NCBI GenBank assembly: GCA_964016885.1
Contig: OZ024743.1
Coordinates: 315,394,001 to 315,458,000, forward strand
Source of the DNA: Eledone cirrhosa
Taxonomy: Eukaryota
Direction of reading: 5' to 3'
DNA: 64,000 nucleotides
In this document: positions 58,007-64,000 of the stretch, one piece after another
How the letters are laid out: each line of letters begins with the position of its first letter
Numbering within the stretch: position 1 is the first letter of the stretch
Notes under the pieces: model-generated
The model's input: only the letters and a program-made list of their open reading frames with translations
What the model was told of the DNA's origin: nothing
The model's database searches: none
Position numbers and translations under genes: made by a program

Positions 58007-59400
58007 TACACAATAATCAAACCTATGTTTAAATCATATTATTGCTGACGATCGTTTCTTCCAAACTTTCGTTTGGCCTCATCGGAACACTACCATATAA
58101 TTAACCTCCTATTCAACTGAAGAATCATATAGATATATGGATATTAATGTTGTCAACAACAGTTTCGTATTTACAGAATGGAATGGATGCGATATAGATT
58201 ACAAGAGAATTGTACAATAATTAAAATTAAAAATTAAAAATTAAAAAGGCACAGAGTGGAATGCATACGATAGAAATTACAAGGGAATAGTATAATAATT
58301 AAAGAGGCATTAAGGTAGAAAGTTACTCGTAAAACTAGGACACTAGCAGTACATATGCAAACGTATAGAGAGTGCAAATGCGTTAGGCATATACAGGAAG
58401 GAAACAAGCAATGGTACTAGGCATATATAATTACTGCATGGCAAAGGTATCACATAAAATAACATAGGTTTACAAGCATATCAAGCAGGCAAAGATGTTT
58501 GTGTATTAAAATTATGAGTTTATGGTGGGTGTAGTGTGATGATTGTTTCTGTAATGCTCAAATGTGTATGTGTTGAGAGTATCAATGTATAGCTATCTTT
58601 TCCATTACATTGGTTATATTTTATTTTAGTGAATGTTTTTAATTAGTTACAGCTATAGATTGTATATTGGTCCTATTATATTGTTATCCGGGGTTCGAGT
58701 TGTTGTGGAGTGATTCCTCTAACGGTTTAATTTCCGGAAATGTGTTTGATATCTATTTTAAGGGGAGCTAATGCGACAGGGGAGGTAACTAGCGATTAAA
58801 TTGTATATGATAGAAGAAATTAGAAAAAATGGGGAAAATGTATAGTTGTTTACAGCTCCAATTAGTTAAATTCTTTGTGCTAATATACATTATATTGTGT
58901 TACAAGTGAATCCCTTTTATATAATACTATTTGTTTATATTTAATTTTAAATACAATCTATTTTCCTATAATACATTAAAGGTCTCATTATATTGTTATC
59001 TATCCATTACTGAATAAAGTATAAGTAAGCTATAGAAAAATGTATAGTTGTTTACAGGTCAAATTAGTTAAATCTCTTGTGTTATTAATATACATGATAT
59101 TATGTTATAAGTGAATCCCTTATATATATATAATGCTATTAATTTATATATTTAATTATAGTTATTAATATCCATATATCTATATGATTGTTCAGTTGAA
59201 TAGGAGGTTAATTATATGTACAAACATTGCTAGTGCTCCGATGATTCCAAACGAAAGTTTGGAAGAAACGATTGTCAGCAATAAAATGATTTGAACATAG
59301 CTTTGATTATTGTGTAATTTATATTCGTGCTCTGTAAAACATCTCATGTATTTACATTGAGCTATTTTTCTTACTGGTAATAAGATAGTAATGAATTACT
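58002..59400 (+). mobile_element. Family G fold-back PLE remnant with two HHR copies
   Basis: Arms ~58003-58148 and ~59164-59320; tail after 59320; internal ~200-bp-period direct repeat. Confidence 0.78.
59234..59280 (+). ncRNA. HHR variant with CCGAUGA core (mirror copy 58043-58089, minus)
   Basis: tgct-CCGATGA-ttccaaac gaaa gtttggaa-GAAAC-gat(t/c)-GTC-agca. Confidence 0.75.
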
Positions 59401-60549
59401 GACCTTTCCTGTTTATAGTTGTATATAGTGTATACATAACTATAATTAATATTATTATTATTATATATATATAAACACAAACGTTTGCTTTTTATATGAG
59501 GTGTAAATCTTGTAAAGAAATACATTTTTCTGATTACCAATACAATAGTATGAAACTTCGTGTTTCATACTAATGTATCAGTCTCACTAGACATTATTAA
59601 ATATTTTTTAAATTTATAAAGGAAAATATTGAACGTTAATCAACACGGGTCCCGCTGGGATGAAAGGTGTCAAATAACGGACTGTGTTATTTAAATAATC
59701 TCTTTGAAGTATGTTTATTGCTTATGACAGTTACCGTTGTTCAGGTGCAATTATTTTTTCATACTTCTATAGAAGAACCTCTTGCGGATTCGTTCCGGTT
59801 CTCTGTCCTTTGAGTTCAAATCCTGCTGTGTTCTATTTGGGCGACAGACTTAATACATCGTCTCACTTATCATCAGCACCAGTCGGAGTCTTGGATACTT
59901 TTAGCTCAAATCTACCTGAGGCGTACTCGGGTGTTAGACCTAACCCTTTCGTTTTCGTATTTCTCATGAATGACTGCCTACGATTTTCACTTAAGTTGGA
60001 AAATAATCAAGGATTTTAAGAGGTTTAGTAATATAAATACTTTACTCATTACAAACCAAGAGAACAGAAAAAGAGGTTCGTAACAGAATATAAACACTTA
60101 AAATATACAGCTTTTTATCATAGAACAGAGAGCCGTTGTAGGCGGTTTGATATGAAAATGGTGAATATGTCGTCTTCTTTAACATCACCACCTTATATCT
60201 TTAGTTGCATCCACTTGGTTACATGTCTTATCTGAGGACACCTAAAAATATAGAGATCTTTAAAAGGTTTCCGTACATAGCCATTCCCTCACTAACAACA
60301 AAATATTATAATCTTTGACATCAATCTAAAAATGTTTAAATTGACAATTTCTAAGACGGAAATTAACATATAAACCACCACAATGTAGACCACCAGATAC
60401 AAATAAATAAATATACTTCAGAACAAGTGCTGTACCTTCTCTATCTCATTTGCAAAACTAATCACAAACAAATACATACAAATACAGTCACACATGCGCA
60501 CACACACAGAGAACTGCAATATTACATGGCAATTAAACCCGGGAATTGA

Positions 60550-60911
60550 CTACAGAAGATCTATGAAGGCTAGACAGGAATGAAACGAGTATACTCTGAT
60601 CGATATCCAACGTTTGTGTGCATTAATGACGTAGCGAATGTGAGCTGAGAGAAAAAACTTTCTGTAAGAGGAATCGAATGTAACGTGCAAGAGAGAAGAC
60701 TGTGTTGGTACAGACCTGTGATGTGTATGGAAGATGACAACTGTGTAAAGAAATGCAAAGAAATCTTAGTGAAGGAACCCACAGAAGAGGGCGACCGAGG
60801 AAGACTTGGGATGAGGTAGAGAAGATAGACGTTAAGAGGCTGAACCTAATATTATAGAATGGCATAGAACCGTGAGAATTGGCGATATGCTGTACTAGAG
60901 AATGGACCTGT
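60550..60911 (+). mobile_element. RTE-clade LINE 3' fragment, with an inverted copy at 61113-61313
   Basis: RRLCWYRPVMCMEDDNCVKKCKEILVKEP/RRGRPRKTWDEV...NREN(W)RY resembles the RTE C-terminus. Confidence 0.78.
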
Positions 60912-60983
60912 TATTTTTATCTAAAGACATTTTTTCCAATTCCATCCCGCCCGTCCCCACAATCTATCTTATTTCTCATTCTT

Positions 60984-61019
60984 TCTTCTGACGAAGCACT
61001 AGCGTCCGAAACGTTAAGA
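60984..61019 (+). ncRNA. Minimal hammerhead ribozyme motif
   Basis: tctt-CTGACGA-agcactagcgtcc-GAAAC-GTT-aaga; palindromic AACGTT; stem II weak. Confidence 0.68.
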
Positions 61020-61746
61020 TTTTGGAGGGTTGTAATGATGTTGGGAATAGATAAGGAGTGATATTGGTGGTAGGGCACGGTGGTGGAGTTCAGGCTTTAT
61101 TGTATATTGGTATACAGGTCTTCTCTAGTACAGCATATCGCCAATTCTCACGGTTCTATGCCATTCTATAATATTAGGTTCAGCCTCTTAACGTCTATCT
61201 TCTCTACCTCATCCCAAGTCTTCCTCGGTCGCCCTCTTCTGTGGGTTCCTTCACTAAGATTTCTTTGCATTTCTTTACACAGTTGTCATCTTCCATACAC
61301 ATCACAGGTCTGTGTCCTTTAAGATGTATAAGTATATATCAATTTATGTGGATATAACACATATTGAGTATGTGGAGAATTATTTCTAGATTATATTGGA
61401 AGAATGGAGGAGGAGATATATTTTTCCTATGGAGGGTATATCCATTGTTACATTAAAGATTTAGGTTTGGAACCTCGGTTCACGACCTTAAATCTTTCCT
61501 AAAGCCCGTTTTTCACCTGAAATATTCGTAAGTCCAAATTATTTTTACCGTGCAAAATGTTGACAGAGAAATACAGTAAGAGAAAGAGAGATTGTGTGTG
61601 AAAGACCGATAGATATCACAATAGTAAAGAACTACACAGAAAGTTTCACTTTTCTGCCGTTACTCCCAACTTGTCATCAAAGGTTGTTGGATTGCGTGTT
61701 CTTTACACGAAACACTATTCGTCACCCGAGACATTTTATGTTCGGA

Positions 61747-61782
<36 letters not shown>

Positions 61783-61930
61783 CCAGTTTTCGAAGAAACA
61801 ACACCACGCGTTCAGCCGGCCCCCTGTATCATGAAAAGAAAATCTTTTTCGGGGAAATTATTGGATTTCAATGAAATACGTATAACGAAGTTTTAAATAA
61901 ACGCGAATCAACCGAACATGGCCTCCTATC

Positions 61931-62010
<80 letters not shown>

Positions 62011-62016
<6 letters not shown>

Positions 62017-62235
62017 CGTAAAATAAGAAAATTATAAAATTAACTTACTTACTAAAAAATGGAAGTGATTTTTTAGTAAGTAAGTTAATTTTATAATTTT
62101 CTTATTTTACGTCTCTCATATTATTGTTCTGCAACCCCATGCATTGAACCACATTGTTAATAAAACAAAACCTATATATTTGCTAGCATTGATATGCATC
62201 TGTGTGTATATAAATGTTACTAGATATAAATTCGT
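62011..62235 (+). mobile_element. Perfect-palindrome pLTR-end element
   Basis: 50-bp perfect arms 62011-62060 and 62068-62117; tail with gttc/gaac hairpin; (TA)n on both sides. Confidence 0.75.
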
Positions 62236-62260
62236 TATATATATATATATATATATATAT

Positions 62261-62393
62261 AATTGTTTCTACTTTTTGGCACAAGGCCACCAATTGCCCA
62301 GTGTATTACTGGCACTTTATGTTATCGACCCCGTAAGGATGAAAGGAAAAGTTAACCTCGGCGGGATTCGAACTCAGAATGGCAAGGGCCGTA
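62261..62393 (-). mobile_element. 5'-truncated SINE
   Basis: Reverse-complement match to the SINE core and tail. Confidence 0.85.
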
Positions 62394-62394
62394 A

Positions 62395-63718
62395 TGAATT
62401 CAAAGTCTGAAAGCCACTACAATGCAGGTTTAGACGGAGCAAAATTAAAGCGTAAGAAACGGACCTTGTTCTTTTAACTTAATTTATTCATATCTCCTGA
62501 TATTTCGAGATTAATATATCTTCTTCCGAGGAAAATAAAAGAACTATTCCAGTGACCAATGTGGCTTGCTATACCATACTGGCCGGAAGTGTTTTTTTTC
62601 TTTTTTTTCTAATCTCTTCTAACCTCTTCTACCTCTTCTATAGAAAAGCCGCTAGCAGGGAGCTGTTCGTCCATTTCAAATCGACCAACCCCTTGGTGCC
62701 AAGTCCGGTTACATAAAGAATGAACTGACACGTATCCGGAATAAATGCAGGACAACATGAAACCAAGACATACACACCACACACTTCTTGGAAGTGCTTA
62801 AGCTAAACGGTTAGTCGACATCGACCGTCAACGCGTTAGAAATAGAAAACACCGCATTCGAAGCACGAACTCCACGAACACCTGCTTCATGAAGCATCCA
62901 CATTTCACTGATGACACAACAACAGCCATCCGCAGGATCATTTGAAGAGAAGGACTAGACTTACAACTAGTTCACTCGGGGCCCTCACTACGTGGACAAC
63001 TATCTATGAGACGACCTAGAAAACACAACAGACGCTGCACGCTAGCTAACTGCCCCATCAATAACACGGGCATAGGCCATCAAGCATACGTCATGTACAG
63101 AGTCCAGTGTGATAAATGCCACAACTTCTATATAGGTAGCATTACCAGACACCTATACATCAGGATTAAGGAAGATATTAACACTAACGCTTCTTCATTC
63201 CAGAAACACTTAGAAATGCAAAAACACTACCAAAATAATAACAGTTAATGTTGGAACAAAAGAAAGAAACCTCGGCAATATCAGAATTAAGGAAGCATTA
63301 ATCATAACCAAAACACACCGGCAAATCCATAGAAAAACTAGAACTAAGCACACAGTACCTAACATAGAAGGCTACTGGACTCTACACATAAGGGCCCACT
63401 TAGGCCCGTTTACGACCACATTAACCATCTGGGAGAAATCGTGTATATGCATTCATGTGTTAACAGGATTCCACCCATGCGTGTTTACGCATTTGCGTGC
63501 GTGCTTACAGACACACACATGTATGAATGGACGTGTGTGTGTAAGCACGCACGCGTATCTATATTGATGCGTCACATGTCCAGACCTTAATTTTAACACA
63601 AAAGAGGTAAGAAAAAAAAAAGAATAATAAAACCACTTCCAGCCAGCATGGTATAGCAAGCCACGTTGGACATTGGAATAGTTCCTTTATTGTGGTGGCT
63701 TTCAAACTTCGAATTCTT
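62395..63718 (+). mobile_element. 5'-truncated PLE with inverted terminal copy; RT thumb and GIY-YIG relic at ~62640-63370
   Basis: YRKAASRELFVHFKS; VMYRVQCDKCHNFYIGSITRHLYIRIKE; IRIKEALII; 62541-62592 is the reverse complement of 63633-63684 and 62396-62423 of 63689-63716. Confidence 0.82.
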
Positions 63719-63841
<123 letters not shown>

Positions 63842-63879
63842 ATGTGTATGTGTGTGTGTGAAATAAATAAACATAGGTA

Positions 63880-63926
<47 letters not shown>

Positions 63927-64000
63927 GAAATGGAGAGGGTAAAATATGCAGAACTGAAAAGAAAAGTGTGGAAAATGAGACTAACAGTAATAATTTATGA

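Noticed and set aside
63636-63684. gccagcatggt resembling the start of an HDV ribozyme in a PLE terminal repeat
   Set aside because: Only a simple hairpin is evident; the nested double pseudoknot could not be built

Overview
AT-rich, repeat-saturated eukaryotic non-genic or intronic DNA. The microsatellite load and SINE profile resemble a coleoid cephalopod such as Octopus (inference). Almost all ORFs in the track are microsatellite artefacts. Recognisable content: a decayed Penelope-like element (PLE; RT plus GIY-YIG, ~28.6-32.6 kb) and three smaller PLE endonuclease remnants; a DD37D (maT-type) and a mariner-type Tc1/mariner relic plus two MITEs; Chapaev3-like, CR1/L2-like, Tx1-like and RTE relics; many copies of a tRNA-derived SINE; and one possible host terminal exon (35680-35962, minus). 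The standout signal is a set of non-coding, microsatellite-embedded fold-back elements carrying minimal type I hammerhead ribozymes (HHRs). Three of these (23.9-25.2, 25.3-26.8 and 51.0-52.1 kb) are retrozyme-like tandem units of ~440-500 bp. Each has an ATGCAAAT octamer 88-100 nt upstream of the HHR core and ends in an inverted arm. Many other families share a covarying 3' tail hairpin and an inversion point in or next to the ribozyme. All structures were read by eye; no folding or database search was run, and coordinates of decayed elements are approximate.
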